Below, piece by piece: positions 32,901-43,103 of a stretch of 50,193 bases of DNA. Source of the DNA: a virus. Taxonomy: Duplodnaviria > Caudoviricetes. The translations under genes were made by a program, and so were the position numbers. Under the pieces are notes generated by a model. The model ran no database searches. It saw nothing but the letters and a program-made list of their open reading frames with translations, and was not told the DNA's origin. Position 1 is the first letter of the stretch; each line of letters opens with the position of its first letter. The stretch covers positions 1-50,193 of IMG/VR virus record IMGVR_UViG_3300037439_000206; one strand, 5' to 3'.

Positions 32901-35726
32901 ATGGCCAAGCGTCGTCGTAGCCGCCGTCCCGTGCAGCAGGGCGTGGAGAAGTCCACCGCGCTCGTCCCGACCACCAACCAGAACCTGGCCGGGCGGCTCT
33001 ACACCGCCGAGCAGGTCGCCGGCCTGCTCAACCGCCAGCAGGAGACCGGCAGCCTGGCCGAGCCGCTGCCCCGCGACCAGTTCCCCTACGCGTTCGGGCC
33101 CGGCATCCCGCTGGTGCCCGCGCCGCTGGACCCGACCCGGCGCGACGGTCGCGCCGAGCCGCGGATCTGGGAGTACCCGGTCTCCTGGAACCTGCCCGGA
33201 CACTCGTCCCGGCTGGTGCCGTGGAAGACGCTGCGCGACGCCGCGAACCTGCCCCTGCTGCGCGACTGCATCCGCATCCGCAAGGAGGAGATCCGCGGCC
33301 TGGAGTGGGACTTCGGCCTGACCCGGCGCGCCCTGGACGAGGCCCGGCGCGACGAGCCCGACGCCGGCCAACTCGACGTCGAACGCGGCCTGCGTGAGAA
33401 GTTCGCCCAGACCATCAACGACGCCATCGAGTTCTGGGAGGTCCCGGACCCGGGCAACGGCTACACGTTCTCGGAGTGGATCAGCCAGTTCCTGGAGGAA
33501 CAGCTCGTCCTGGACGCGCTGGCGATCTACCCGCGCCGCACCCTGGGCGGGCAGCTGTACTCGCTGGAGATCCTGGACTCGACCACGATCAAGCCGCTGC
33601 TCGACCACCGGGGCGGCCGGCCGATGCCACCCGAGCCCGCCTACCAGCAGAACATCCACGGCTTCCCGCGTGGCGAGTTCACCGCTGACACGTCGGACAC
33701 CGAGGGCCGGACCGTCGTCCCGAACGCCTACGCCGCCGACCAGCTCATCTACATCCGGCGTGAGGTGCGCGCGAACACGCCCTACGGGCTGTCCCCGGTC
33801 GAGCAGTCGCTCATGGATATCGACACCTGGATGAAGCGGATCAACTGGATCCGGTCCGAGTACACCGACGGCGTCATGCCGTCCGGGTGGCTGCTCAACG
33901 AGCAGACCACCGGGCACCAGTGGACCCCGTCGCAGGTGCGCGAGTACGAGCGCGAGCTCAACGACTACCTGTCGGGCAACACCGGCAACCGGCACCGCTA
34001 TCGGGTGCTGCCGCCCGGGTTCAAGCCCGACGACTCCGGCTCGTCCGACCAGCAGGCCGAGAAGTACAAGCCCGACTTCGACCTGCACCTGCTCAAGCTC
34101 GTCGTCGCGCACTTCGACATCACGGTGCACGAGCTCGGGTTCACCGAGCCGAAGGGCCTGGGCAGCCAGGGCCACGCCGAGGGCCAGGACCGGCTCAACG
34201 AGCGGCGCGGCCGCAAGCCGGTGCTGCGCTGGATCGCGTCCCTGATCACAGACATCTCCCGGGCGCACCTCGACCTGCCGCGCGAGCTGGAGTTCAAGTG
34301 GCTCGGGATCGAGGACGAGTCCGACTCCGACGAGGACGAGGACACCACCCTCGAGGACGTCGCGTCCGGCGTGCTCACCCTGAACGAGGCCCGCGACCGC
34401 CGTGGCCTGCCCCGCTACACGTTCCCGGAGGCAGACAAGGCCGCCGTCATCAACGGCGCCACCATCACGTTCGTCGAGGGCGCCGAGGAACGCGCGGCGG
34501 CCGCGCTTGAGCTGGAAGCCCAGGTGGCCGACGCTAAGGCGAACCCACCTGCCAGCGGCCCAGCCGGTCCCCCCGCCGGCAAGGGGCCGCAGGGCGGCGG
34601 CACGGGCTCATCCCCTGCCGCCGCCCGCCCTGCCTCCGCCAAGTCGGGGGGCTCATCGGCGAAGGCGGCCGAGGCCGCTGCGTACCGCAAGTGGGCGTCG
34701 AAGGGGATCAGCGCCCGGCGGTTCCAGCTCGAGCACATCGTCGAGCCCAGCGACCTCCTGCAGTTCGGGATCGATCCGGCCCGCGTTACGTTCGCGGGAA
34801 AAGCTGAGGCCCCGCGGGACGGGGCACTCGACCGGATCGCGCAGGAGTGCGCCGCCCGACTGCGCCACGTCGCGCTGAGCGCGGTCGACTGCGACGAACT
34901 GGCCGCGGCCTGGGCCGAGCACTACGGCCTGGACAAGGGCCTGCGCGACCTCGTGCAGATCGCGCTGGCCTGGCTGCACGGGCGGGCCATCGACCTGACC
35001 GGCGCGCTCGGCAGCGTCGTGCGCGGCGCGGTCAGCGACGGATGGGACGCCGGCCAGACCGACGCGCTGGACGCGGTCGGTGACGGCGCGCGTTTCCCGT
35101 CCGGCCAGCTCCTGGAACAGGCCCTCGATCGGGTCGACATCACGATCTCGTCGGTGGCCGCGACCAGGTTCGACGAGCTCGCCGAGGTTCTGGCCACCGG
35201 CGTCAAGCAGGGCCTGTCGGCGAGCACGTTGGCCAAGGACCTGCGCGACGCGCTCGAGGACGAGCGCTGGGCCGAGACCGTCGCCGTCACCGAGACGGCC
35301 CGGGCCATGTCCGCCGCCACCCAGGCGACCTACCTGGCCAACGGTGTCGAGCGCAAGACCTGGCTGCTCGCCCCTGACCAGCGGGTGTGCGACCGCTGCG
35401 AGGGCAACGCCAGTCAGGGCGCGATCCCGACCACCGACCAGTTCGCCAGCGGCGACGCACACCCACCAGCGCACCCACGCTGCCGCTGCGCGCTGGTGCC
35501 GGTGATCGAGCTCGCCGACGACCCGGACCTGACCAAGGCCGGGGACCGCTACCAGTTGCGCGACTACTGGCTGCGCGGCGAGGGCGCGGCCCGGTGGAAG
35601 ACCTGGACGCAGCTCTACCGCCACCTGAAGGACCACGTCAACGACGAGAGCGCCAAGCGCATGGCCGCGTCCTGGTACCACGCGAGATATGGCCGCTGGC
35701 CTGGAGAGAAGGGCCACGATGACTGA
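32901..35726 (+). CDS. Portal protein fused to a MuF-like minor head domain
   Basis: YGLSPVE and LTLNEAR portal motifs; AVTETARA, VCDRC and PPAHPRCRC MuF motifs in one ORF. Confidence 0.9.
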   Translation: MAKRRRSRRPVQQGVEKSTALVPTTNQNLAGRLYTAEQVAGLLNRQQETGSLAEPLPRDQFPYAFGPGIPLVPAPLDPTRRDGRAEPRIWEYPVSWNLPGHSSRLVPWKTLRDAANLPLLRDCIRIRKEEIRGLEWDFGLTRRALDEARRDEPDAGQLDVERGLREKFAQTINDAIEFWEVPDPGNGYTFSEWISQFLEEQLVLDALAIYPRRTLGGQLYSLEILDSTTIKPLLDHRGGRPMPPEPAYQQNIHGFPRGEFTADTSDTEGRTVVPNAYAADQLIYIRREVRANTPYGLSPVEQSLMDIDTWMKRINWIRSEYTDGVMPSGWLLNEQTTGHQWTPSQVREYERELNDYLSGNTGNRHRYRVLPPGFKPDDSGSSDQQAEKYKPDFDLHLLKLVVAHFDITVHELGFTEPKGLGSQGHAEGQDRLNERRGRKPVLRWIASLITDISRAHLDLPRELEFKWLGIEDESDSDEDEDTTLEDVASGVLTLNEARDRRGLPRYTFPEADKAAVINGATITFVEGAEERAAAALELEAQVADAKANPPASGPAGPPAGKGPQGGGTGSSPAAARPASAKSGGSSAKAAEAAAYRKWASKGISARRFQLEHIVEPSDLLQFGIDPARVTFAGKAEAPRDGALDRIAQECAARLRHVALSAVDCDELAAAWAEHYGLDKGLRDLVQIALAWLHGRAIDLTGALGSVVRGAVSDGWDAGQTDALDAVGDGARFPSGQLLEQALDRVDITISSVAATRFDELAEVLATGVKQGLSASTLAKDLRDALEDERWAETVAVTETARAMSAATQATYLANGVERKTWLLAPDQRVCDRCEGNASQGAIPTTDQFASGDAHPPAHPRCRCALVPVIELADDPDLTKAGDRYQLRDYWLRGEGAARWKTWTQLYRHLKDHVNDESAKRMAASWYHARYGRWPGEKGHDD

Positions 35727-37221
35727 CACCACGGCCGTCTACGCGGAGATCGTCAAGCACGAACGGGACGCCAACGGTGACCTGGTCGTGTTCGGCCGCG
35801 CCACCGGGCCCGACCTCGACCTGGACCGGCAGATCTGCGATCAGGACTGGCTCAAGGAAGCCATGCCCACCTGGTTCCAAACGGGCGCGAATTTGAGGGA
35901 GCAGCACTCTTCCATCGCGGCGGGTGTCGGTACCGAGATCACGCAGAAGCCCGATGGTGGATGGGACCTCAAGGCCCTGGTCGTCGACACGAACAGCGCC
36001 CGCAAGGTTGAGCGCGGCGTACTCAAGGGATATTCGATCGGGATCAGAAATCCGCGAGTAGTGAAAGATGCGGCAGCGCCCGGGGGTCGGATCGTAGCCG
36101 GGACCGTCGTAGAGGTCTCACTCGTCGACAGGCCGGCCAACCCGACCTGCTCGCTCACCCTGGCCAAGGCGCTCAAGCCCGGCCCGCTGGCGGTCACGCC
36201 CGGGACGGTCGACTTCGAGCGCAGCCTCGTCAAGGTCGAGGAACTGCACGAGGACGCGGTCGTGAACGCGAGGTTCGACGAGGACATAGAGAAGCGCGAC
36301 TTCTCCGCGGGTGAGCGTCGCGAGGCCGCGTCCGAGGGCCAGGCACAGTCCGACGGCTCGTTCCCGATCAAGAACGCCAGTGACCTCAAGAACGCGATCC
36401 GCCTCGCCGGCAACGCCAAGGACCCGGCGAAGGCCAAGGCGCACATCAAGCGCCGCGCGGCCGCGCTCGGACTCAGCGACAAGATCCCGGACAGCTGGAA
36501 GGCCGCGGACGCGCTGGACCTGCTCAAGGGCTACGACCTGGTGGCCGTGCGCAAGGGCGACCAGTCCGGGGACATCGCGAACGCCGAGAAGGCGATCGCC
36601 ATCATCGCCGGTCTCATCCAGGCCGAGGCCGTGCAGCTCGCCGACGGCACCCCGTCCGAGGCGTGTGACATCTACCTGCTCCTGGACGCCGTCAAGGCGC
36701 TGGAGTTCTTCATCTGCCGTGAACGGAAGGAGCCAGCGATGGCCCACGTCGAGCTGTCCGACGAGTCGGACGTCGAGAAGGCCGCAGGCCCCGACGTCTC
36801 CGGCGATGACCTCGAGAAGAAGGACAAGCCCGCGTTCCTCGCCGACAAGGACGAGGACGCGGACGACGAGGAGACCGACGCGGACGGGGAGAAGAAGCCC
36901 GCCGCGAAGAAGAAGCCCGCGGCCAGCAAGTCGGCCGAGGGCGAGAGCACGAACGAGAACGACGACATTACCGAGTTGGTGAAGGCGCTCAGCGCAGAGG
37001 TCAGCGAGCTCAAGGGCGAGCTGACGAAGGCGATGAGCGCGCCGGCACCGGGCGGTCCCGTCCTCACTCGCACCACCGAGGCCACTTCCCAGGCCGAGAC
37101 CCGGGAGAGCCACCTCAGCAAGGCCGCGCACTTCAAGCGCCTGGCCTACGAGGTGAACGACCCGCAGGCCAAGGCCGGCTACCTGCAGATGGCCGCTGAC
37201 GCGACCGCTGCCGCCAACTAA
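35719..37221 (+). CDS. Capsid maturation protease with C-terminal scaffold (internal start at 36739)
   Basis: LREQH, LKGYSIG and EVSLVDRPANP motifs; AAGGAG RBS before in-frame ATG 36739. Confidence 0.88.
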   Translation: MTDTTAVYAEIVKHERDANGDLVVFGRATGPDLDLDRQICDQDWLKEAMPTWFQTGANLREQHSSIAAGVGTEITQKPDGGWDLKALVVDTNSARKVERGVLKGYSIGIRNPRVVKDAAAPGGRIVAGTVVEVSLVDRPANPTCSLTLAKALKPGPLAVTPGTVDFERSLVKVEELHEDAVVNARFDEDIEKRDFSAGERREAASEGQAQSDGSFPIKNASDLKNAIRLAGNAKDPAKAKAHIKRRAAALGLSDKIPDSWKAADALDLLKGYDLVAVRKGDQSGDIANAEKAIAIIAGLIQAEAVQLADGTPSEACDIYLLLDAVKALEFFICRERKEPAMAHVELSDESDVEKAAGPDVSGDDLEKKDKPAFLADKDEDADDEETDADGEKKPAAKKKPAASKSAEGESTNENDDITELVKALSAEVSELKGELTKAMSAPAPGGPVLTRTTEATSQAETRESHLSKAAHFKRLAYEVNDPQAKAGYLQMAADATAAAN

Positions 37222-37231
37222 GGAGATCGTC

Positions 37232-38899
37232 ATGGGACATGCCGTCCCGAAGCCGTCCGACATGTTCTCGGACGCGACCGACGCTGTGCAGGTTGCGCAG
37301 CGGTTCGAGCAGTACAAGGGTGCCCTGACCGACGAGCACACCAAGGCCGCTGCTGGCGGCCGTGGGTTCGCCCCGGGCGTCGGCATCGTCGAGGACCCGG
37401 GCGCCAAGTCCAAGGCCATCGCGTCCCGCGTCGAGGCCATCAGCAAGTCCATCGGCCCGGACGTGCTCGCGTCCGTGCAGGGCGAGATCGACGCCCTGAA
37501 CAGCGCGCTGTCCGCCGACATCGGCAAGGACTGGTCGCTCCCGGGCACCGACCCGAACAACGCGACCCTGGTCCCCTACGACCTGGAAGCGCCCGCCAAG
37601 CTCCTGGTCCCCCGCCTCACCCCGCTGCGCAACTCGCTCCCGCGCGGCAAGGGCCAGGGCACGGCCCGCCAGTTCCGCGTGGTCGACGGCTGGTCGAACT
37701 CCGGTATCGGCGGCGTCGCGGACAAGAGCCCGTTCATGGACTCGCAGTCCGACGTCGGCGTGCCGACCTTCGGTTCGCTCGAGCTGCGCCGCGGTCAGAA
37801 GATCGAGTACGCGTCGCACGACGAGTCCGTCGCCTACGTCGAGATGTCGCTGTCCGACCAGGTCAACTGGGTGAGCCAGTTCGCCGGCCAGGGCTACCAG
37901 GACATCCGCTCGCTGTCTCAGACCGCGCTGCTCTGGTCGCACCTCGGCGGCGAAGAGCGCGCGATCCTGTACGGGCGCGGCCCCTCGGCCAACGGCTACT
38001 CCGGTGCGGTCTCCGCCCCGGTCATCTCCTCCGAGACCGCCACCACGGGTGGCAGTATCGCGGCCGGCACCTACCCCGTGGTCGTGACCGCGAAGACCGG
38101 CTTCGGCGAGTCCGTGATCAGCAACAACACCGCGCAGGTCACCACCGGCGCCGCGTCCACCATCACAGTCACCGTGACGTCGGCTCCGGTCGGTGCGCTC
38201 GGCTTCAACCTGTACGTCGGCACCGCCGGTGGCGCCGTGGGCACTGCCAAGTTCCAGACCTCGTTCTCGGGTAACACGGTCACCGTCACCTCGCTGACCA
38301 CGACCGGCGCCACCAACCCGGGCACGACCGACAGCTCCGTGCAGGCGCGTGGCTACGACGGGTTCCTGACCGTGCAGTCCGACCCGGACCGCACTGGCTA
38401 CTTCAAGAACCTGAACGCCGCGCTCACTGACACCACCCCGGGCGCCGAGTTCCAGGACGCATTCCTGTCGCTCTACCAGAGCGTCAAGGCCGACCCGGAC
38501 AACATCTGGGTCGACGGCGGCACCGCGCGCAACCTGGGCAACCTGCTCCAGACCGCGCAGGGTTCCTCGTCCTACCGGCTCCAGCTCAACGGGGACGGCC
38601 ACGGCCACTTCCTGGGCAGCGTGGTGACCGGGATCGAGAACCAGGTCACCCGCAAGATGGTGCCGTTCAACGTGCACCCCTGGATGCCGGAGGGCTGCGC
38701 GCTCATCCGGTCCGAGACCCTGCCGATCCCGGACTCGAACGTGTCCGCTACGGCGCAGGTCATCTCGGTGCAGGAGTACATGAGCGTCGACTGGCCCGTC
38801 GTGCAGTTCACCTACGACGCCAGCACGTACTGGTACGGCACCATGGTCCACTACGCACCGAAGTGGTCCGGCCTGATCACCGGCATCGAGTCGGCCTGA
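37232..38899 (+). CDS. Major capsid protein with an internal Ig-like insertion
   Basis: Position, TAAGGAG RBS, strong codon bias, TPLRNSLPR and VHPWMPEG motifs. Confidence 0.85.
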   Translation: MGHAVPKPSDMFSDATDAVQVAQRFEQYKGALTDEHTKAAAGGRGFAPGVGIVEDPGAKSKAIASRVEAISKSIGPDVLASVQGEIDALNSALSADIGKDWSLPGTDPNNATLVPYDLEAPAKLLVPRLTPLRNSLPRGKGQGTARQFRVVDGWSNSGIGGVADKSPFMDSQSDVGVPTFGSLELRRGQKIEYASHDESVAYVEMSLSDQVNWVSQFAGQGYQDIRSLSQTALLWSHLGGEERAILYGRGPSANGYSGAVSAPVISSETATTGGSIAAGTYPVVVTAKTGFGESVISNNTAQVTTGAASTITVTVTSAPVGALGFNLYVGTAGGAVGTAKFQTSFSGNTVTVTSLTTTGATNPGTTDSSVQARGYDGFLTVQSDPDRTGYFKNLNAALTDTTPGAEFQDAFLSLYQSVKADPDNIWVDGGTARNLGNLLQTAQGSSSYRLQLNGDGHGHFLGSVVTGIENQVTRKMVPFNVHPWMPEGCALIRSETLPIPDSNVSATAQVISVQEYMSVDWPVVQFTYDASTYWYGTMVHYAPKWSGLITGIESA

Positions 38900-38903
38900 T
38901 CGC

Positions 38904-39322
38904 ATGTCTGACCTGACCAGGGTGGCCGCACCCGACGGGGCGGTGCACGCCGTCACCGGCATGTCCGGGCGTGAGTACCGCTCGCGCGATGGCATGTTCC
39001 AGATGAGCCCCTCGGACGCGGCCGCCCTGGTCAAGGCCGGGGGCTTCGCGCCCTCGGCCGCCGGCCGGATCCGGGCCGCGGGCTACCCGTGCCCGTGTGG
39101 GTTCCACTCCCTGTTCCGCACGTGCTCGCGCTGCGGCACGACCAACGAGAGGGCGGCATGACCGACGAGAAGGCGCCGGCCGAGAAGCCGGACGAGGACG
39201 AGAAGCCGGTCCGCCGTCGGCGCGCGAAGGCCGAAGGCGAGATCTGTGACCAGTGCTGGCCCAACGGCTGGCGCGAAGGGTCCGCGAACGCGAACTGTGT
39301 CCACGGCACCTGGAACCGATAG
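38904..39322 (+). CDS. Two small Cys-containing head-region genes (38904-39161, 39158-39322)
   Basis: CPCG...CSRCG and CDQC...CVH motifs; ATGA coupling. Confidence 0.7.
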
Positions 39323-39334
39323 GGAGGTGGACCG

Positions 39335-40198
39335 GTGCTCGAACACCCCTACGTGACGGAGGCCGAGTTCCGGTTCCACCCCACGTTCATCGACAGCCGC
39401 AACCTGATCACCGGCGGCACCGCGCTCCAACAGAACGCGTCGCTGACCAACCTGCTGCTCGAGGCCAGCCAGTGGGCCGACGAGAAGGTCGACATGCCGC
39501 TCGGAGCGCACGTGCGCACCGAACGCAGCCGGATCACGGCCAGCAAGGGCGGCCAGCTGCGGTACCACCCCGAGCACGCACCGGTCATCACCGTGACCGC
39601 GATGTCGTTCGGGGCCACCCCGGACACGCTCGCTGCACAGACCGATCCACAGGTGTGGACGGAGAACGACGGCCGGATCGTGGTCGCGTTCTCGCCGTCC
39701 GGCGGCAGCGGACTGGGGAGCCTCCAGTTCGGCTCGCCCCCGGCCATGGTCGAGCAGCTCGTGAGCTGGACCTACGTGGCCGGCTATCCGTCAAGTCAAC
39801 TTGCAGAACCTGCAACCGCGGGCGTGAGCACGATCGAGCTGCTCGACACGACCGGGATCCTGACCGGCACCGTGCTGCGGCTGTGGACCCCCGGACTGGA
39901 GGAGGCCGTCACGGTCGACTCGGTGTCCGGGACCACGCTCACCCTGACCCGAGCGCTGGCCAACGCGCACCCGGCCGGCTCGTCCTGCTCGTCGCTGCCG
40001 GCCACCGCGCGGCAGGCCGTCATCAACTACGCGTGCATGCTGCTGATGCGCCCCGCCGGTGGCGGCGAGTCGAACTACGGCAAGGGCGCGATCGCGCCGT
40101 CCGCGACCTCGACCGACAGCCGTCGCCAGCACGGCGGCGGCGGTGTCTTCTACGACGACGCCTGCAAGCTCCTGAAGCCGTTCAAGAGGATCCGATGA
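39335..40198 (+). CDS. Head-to-tail adaptor
   Basis: PYVTEAEF start, TYVAGY, ends LLKPFKRIR. Confidence 0.75.
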   Translation: MLEHPYVTEAEFRFHPTFIDSRNLITGGTALQQNASLTNLLLEASQWADEKVDMPLGAHVRTERSRITASKGGQLRYHPEHAPVITVTAMSFGATPDTLAAQTDPQVWTENDGRIVVAFSPSGGSGLGSLQFGSPPAMVEQLVSWTYVAGYPSSQLAEPATAGVSTIELLDTTGILTGTVLRLWTPGLEEAVTVDSVSGTTLTLTRALANAHPAGSSCSSLPATARQAVINYACMLLMRPAGGGESNYGKGAIAPSATSTDSRRQHGGGGVFYDDACKLLKPFKRIR

Positions 40199-40749
40199 GC
40201 GAGGTCCAGCCGACCACGCTGCGCGGCGTCCGGGACGGCGTGTGCCGCTGGTTCGGCGGCCCCTACGACGAGCGCACCCGCTCCTACCGGACTCCACAGG
40301 TCGAACTCCTCGGCGCGGTCCGCCGCGCCCGGCCGAAGTCCGTCGACGAGAGCGACTACTACCTTGGCGCGCCCGCGTCCGGCGCCCTGATGGGCTCGTC
40401 GATGCTCGTGCACGTCGATTCCGGGATCGAGTCCCGAGCCGCGTTCGCGGGCGCGTTCGGCGGGCTGAAGTTCCTGACCAGCTCGGTGATGCTGCACGTG
40501 TTCATGCGCTCGAACAACGACTTCGCCGAGGACGCGCAGGACGCGTTCTATGACCTGCTCGACGGCCTGAAGGCCCGCATCCGCGAGGACCGGTGCATGG
40601 GCACCGGCGGGTGGGAGAACGGCGGTTTCGACGTCGGCGAGGGCGACCCGTGGCTGCGCTGGAACATGGCGCCCGCCGAGGTGGCGGTCGAGCGCACCAC
40701 CGGCTACCTCGTGATCGAGTTCCAAGCCCGCTACTACGAGCAGGGGTGA
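40195..40749 (+). CDS. Probable tail terminator/neck protein
   Basis: Size and position before the tail tube gene. Confidence 0.6.
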   Translation: MSEVQPTTLRGVRDGVCRWFGGPYDERTRSYRTPQVELLGAVRRARPKSVDESDYYLGAPASGALMGSSMLVHVDSGIESRAAFAGAFGGLKFLTSSVMLHVFMRSNNDFAEDAQDAFYDLLDGLKARIREDRCMGTGGWENGGFDVGEGDPWLRWNMAPAEVAVERTTGYLVIEFQARYYEQG

Positions 40750-40922
40750 TCATGCCGAAGTTCGAGTTCACCGGCGGCGACCCGATCGAGCATTTCTGGG
40801 CCGGCCACGTGGAGCCGGGCGACGTCGTCGAGCTCGACGAGGACCCCGGCCCGCCCTGGAGGGCGACCAAGCGCAAGCCGAAGGCCACGCCCTCGGACGA
40901 CACTGAAGAGGAGGGCTGAGCC

Positions 40923-42044
40923 GTGGCTACGCCTACGACCTACACCCCGGCCAAGGAGTTCCTGGGCGTCGCCCCGGAGACCGAGGCCGGTACCGCCGTA
41001 CCGATGATCGCGACGATCCCGTTCACGAAGGTCGACTTCGAGGACCAGATCAAGTGGCTCGACGACCCGTCGTTGCGCGGCTCGATGGCCGGCCTGTACG
41101 GCCGCTACCAGGGCGTGCGCGAGGTCGACTTCAGCATCGAGGGCCCGGCGTACGTCGACACCTTCCCGCACCTGCTGCAGTCCATGTTGGGTGACCGCAC
41201 CACGACCGGCGCCGGTGATCCGTACACGCACGCCTTCTCGCTGAACAACTCGTTCAGCGGCCAGCCGATCACGCACACCCTGACCTGGTTCACCGGCATC
41301 ACCGACACCGTCGGCGCCCGGACCTACCCCGGCGCGGCGCTGTCCGAGCTGTCCATCGAGTTCGACATCGAAGGTGGCGGCGGCGGCGGCAAGGGCGGCG
41401 GCGGCGGCGGCGGCAAGGGCGGCGGAGGAGGCGGCGGAGGAGGCGGCAAGGGCGGCGGCAAGGGCGGAGGCGGCGGCAAGGGCCTCGTCCAGTACAAGAG
41501 CAAGGGCCAGGCCTGGGGCAGCTCGGTCGCCCTCGCCGAGCCGGTCGCCGCGCCGTCGAGCGTGCCACCGTTCGCGGCCTGGCGCGCCCTGCTCGGCATC
41601 GGCGGGCCGGCGTCGGGCGGCACCCTCGTGGCGAACGTCAGCACCGCGTCGTTCGTGTTGAAGAGGAAGCTGGACGTGATCTACACGTTCTCGAACCAGC
41701 AGCAGCCCTACGTGATCCAGCGGGGCGCGCTCACCGCTGAGGGCAAGGCCACGTTCATCGCCGTCGACGAGACGCCGCTGCTCACGATGCTGGCCGGCAC
41801 CGTGCAGCCGCTGCAGCTGGTGCTCGACAACGGCGTCGTCGGTGCAGGTCAGCGCGCGATCCAGATCGACATGCAGCAGTGCATCTACGAGAAGGTCAAG
41901 ACCGAGGACGGCAAGGAAGCGACGATGTTCATGGTCGACTTCGACGGCATCGCGAACAGCACGAACGCGGGCGCGACCGGTGGCCTGTCTCCGATCGAGG
42001 TCACCGTCACCAACGGCACGGCGGGGACGGTGTACAGCGCATGA
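40923..42044 (+). CDS. Major tail (tube) protein with a poly-Gly/Lys insertion
   Basis: LGVAPETEAGTAV and YTHAF motifs; position before chaperone and tape measure. Confidence 0.85.
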   Translation: MATPTTYTPAKEFLGVAPETEAGTAVPMIATIPFTKVDFEDQIKWLDDPSLRGSMAGLYGRYQGVREVDFSIEGPAYVDTFPHLLQSMLGDRTTTGAGDPYTHAFSLNNSFSGQPITHTLTWFTGITDTVGARTYPGAALSELSIEFDIEGGGGGGKGGGGGGGKGGGGGGGGGGKGGGKGGGGGKGLVQYKSKGQAWGSSVALAEPVAAPSSVPPFAAWRALLGIGGPASGGTLVANVSTASFVLKRKLDVIYTFSNQQQPYVIQRGALTAEGKATFIAVDETPLLTMLAGTVQPLQLVLDNGVVGAGQRAIQIDMQQCIYEKVKTEDGKEATMFMVDFDGIANSTNAGATGGLSPIEVTVTNGTAGTVYSA

Positions 42045-42448
42045 CCCGCCACGTACTCAAGACCGACGGCGCCTGGGTCGAACTCCGCGACGTCGAAGAC
42101 CTGCGCGCGAAGGACCGCAAGGCCGTCGAGAACGCGGTCATGTCGGCCGTCGAAGTCGACATGGACACCGGCCGGATCGCGGCCGGCAAGGGCGCCATCC
42201 AGCAGATCATCAACGGCGCCCCGGACGCGGTCGCCGAACGGCTCATCGTCGGCTGGGAGATCCCCTACCTGCCCGACGCGCCGCTGCCCAGCGCGGATCC
42301 CGAGCAGCTCGGCGAACTCCGGCTCGACGACCACCGACGGCTCATGGAGCTGATCGAACCGGCCGTGAACCTGCTCATGCCGGGCCGCTCCAACAACCCG
42401 GACGACCACGACGACCCGTCGTCCCCTTCCGAGCCCGCCAGCGACTGA
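42041..42448 (+). CDS. Tail assembly chaperone; probable -1 frameshift extension to 42663
   Basis: Position; the -1 frame is open to 42663 and encodes WADRYGWPPDVVD. Confidence 0.75.
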   Translation: MTRHVLKTDGAWVELRDVEDLRAKDRKAVENAVMSAVEVDMDTGRIAAGKGAIQQIINGAPDAVAERLIVGWEIPYLPDAPLPSADPEQLGELRLDDHRRLMELIEPAVNLLMPGRSNNPDDHDDPSSPSEPASD

Positions 42449-42655
42449 GGTCCGCGCTGGCGGGGTTCCCGGTCGGCCCGGCCCACCCGGGGGAGCCGAA
42501 GCTCTGGGACCAGGTCTTCACCGACTACTGGTTCTGGGCCGACCGGTACGGCTGGCCACCGGACGTGGTCGACCGCCAGTCCGCGGTCGTACTGCACCGG
42601 CTGCGCGAGGTGGTCGTCGTGGTCGAGGACTGGCGAGCCGAGCAGGCCGAACGCG

Positions 42656-43081
42656 ATGGCTGACCTGGACGGCTTCGATGCCATGCTGGCGCAGCTGCAG
42701 GGCATCGCGGCGCGGGTCGTGGCGACCACGCCGAACGCGCTCGGCAAGGCGGCGCACTACCTGGAAGGCCAGATCAAGACCGAGCTGTCGCGAACCTCGC
42801 ACCCGCCCGGCACGCCCACACCGTCGCCGCCGGGTTCTCCACCGTCGCTGGTGACAGGAAACCTGCGCCGCTCCGCGCAGGTGGAGGGCCCGACGCAGAC
42901 CGGTCCGGCGTCCTGGTCGGCCAGCGTCGGCATGGAGTCGGTCTACGCCCGCGTGCAGGAGCTCGGCGGCGGCCCGTCCAACCTGCCGGCCCGCCCGTAC
43001 GTGGCGCCCACCTTCGCAGCCTCCCTGCCCGCCATGGGCGCTCTCATCGAGTCCGCCTGGGCTGACGCCCTGGACACCTGA
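42656..43081 (+). CDS. HK97 gp10-like tail completion protein
   Basis: TGNLRRS, YARVQELGG and LPARPY motifs. Confidence 0.8.
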   Translation: MADLDGFDAMLAQLQGIAARVVATTPNALGKAAHYLEGQIKTELSRTSHPPGTPTPSPPGSPPSLVTGNLRRSAQVEGPTQTGPASWSASVGMESVYARVQELGGGPSNLPARPYVAPTFAASLPAMGALIESAWADALDT

Positions 43082-43103
43082 CACGGACGGGGGTGGATCC
43101 CCC

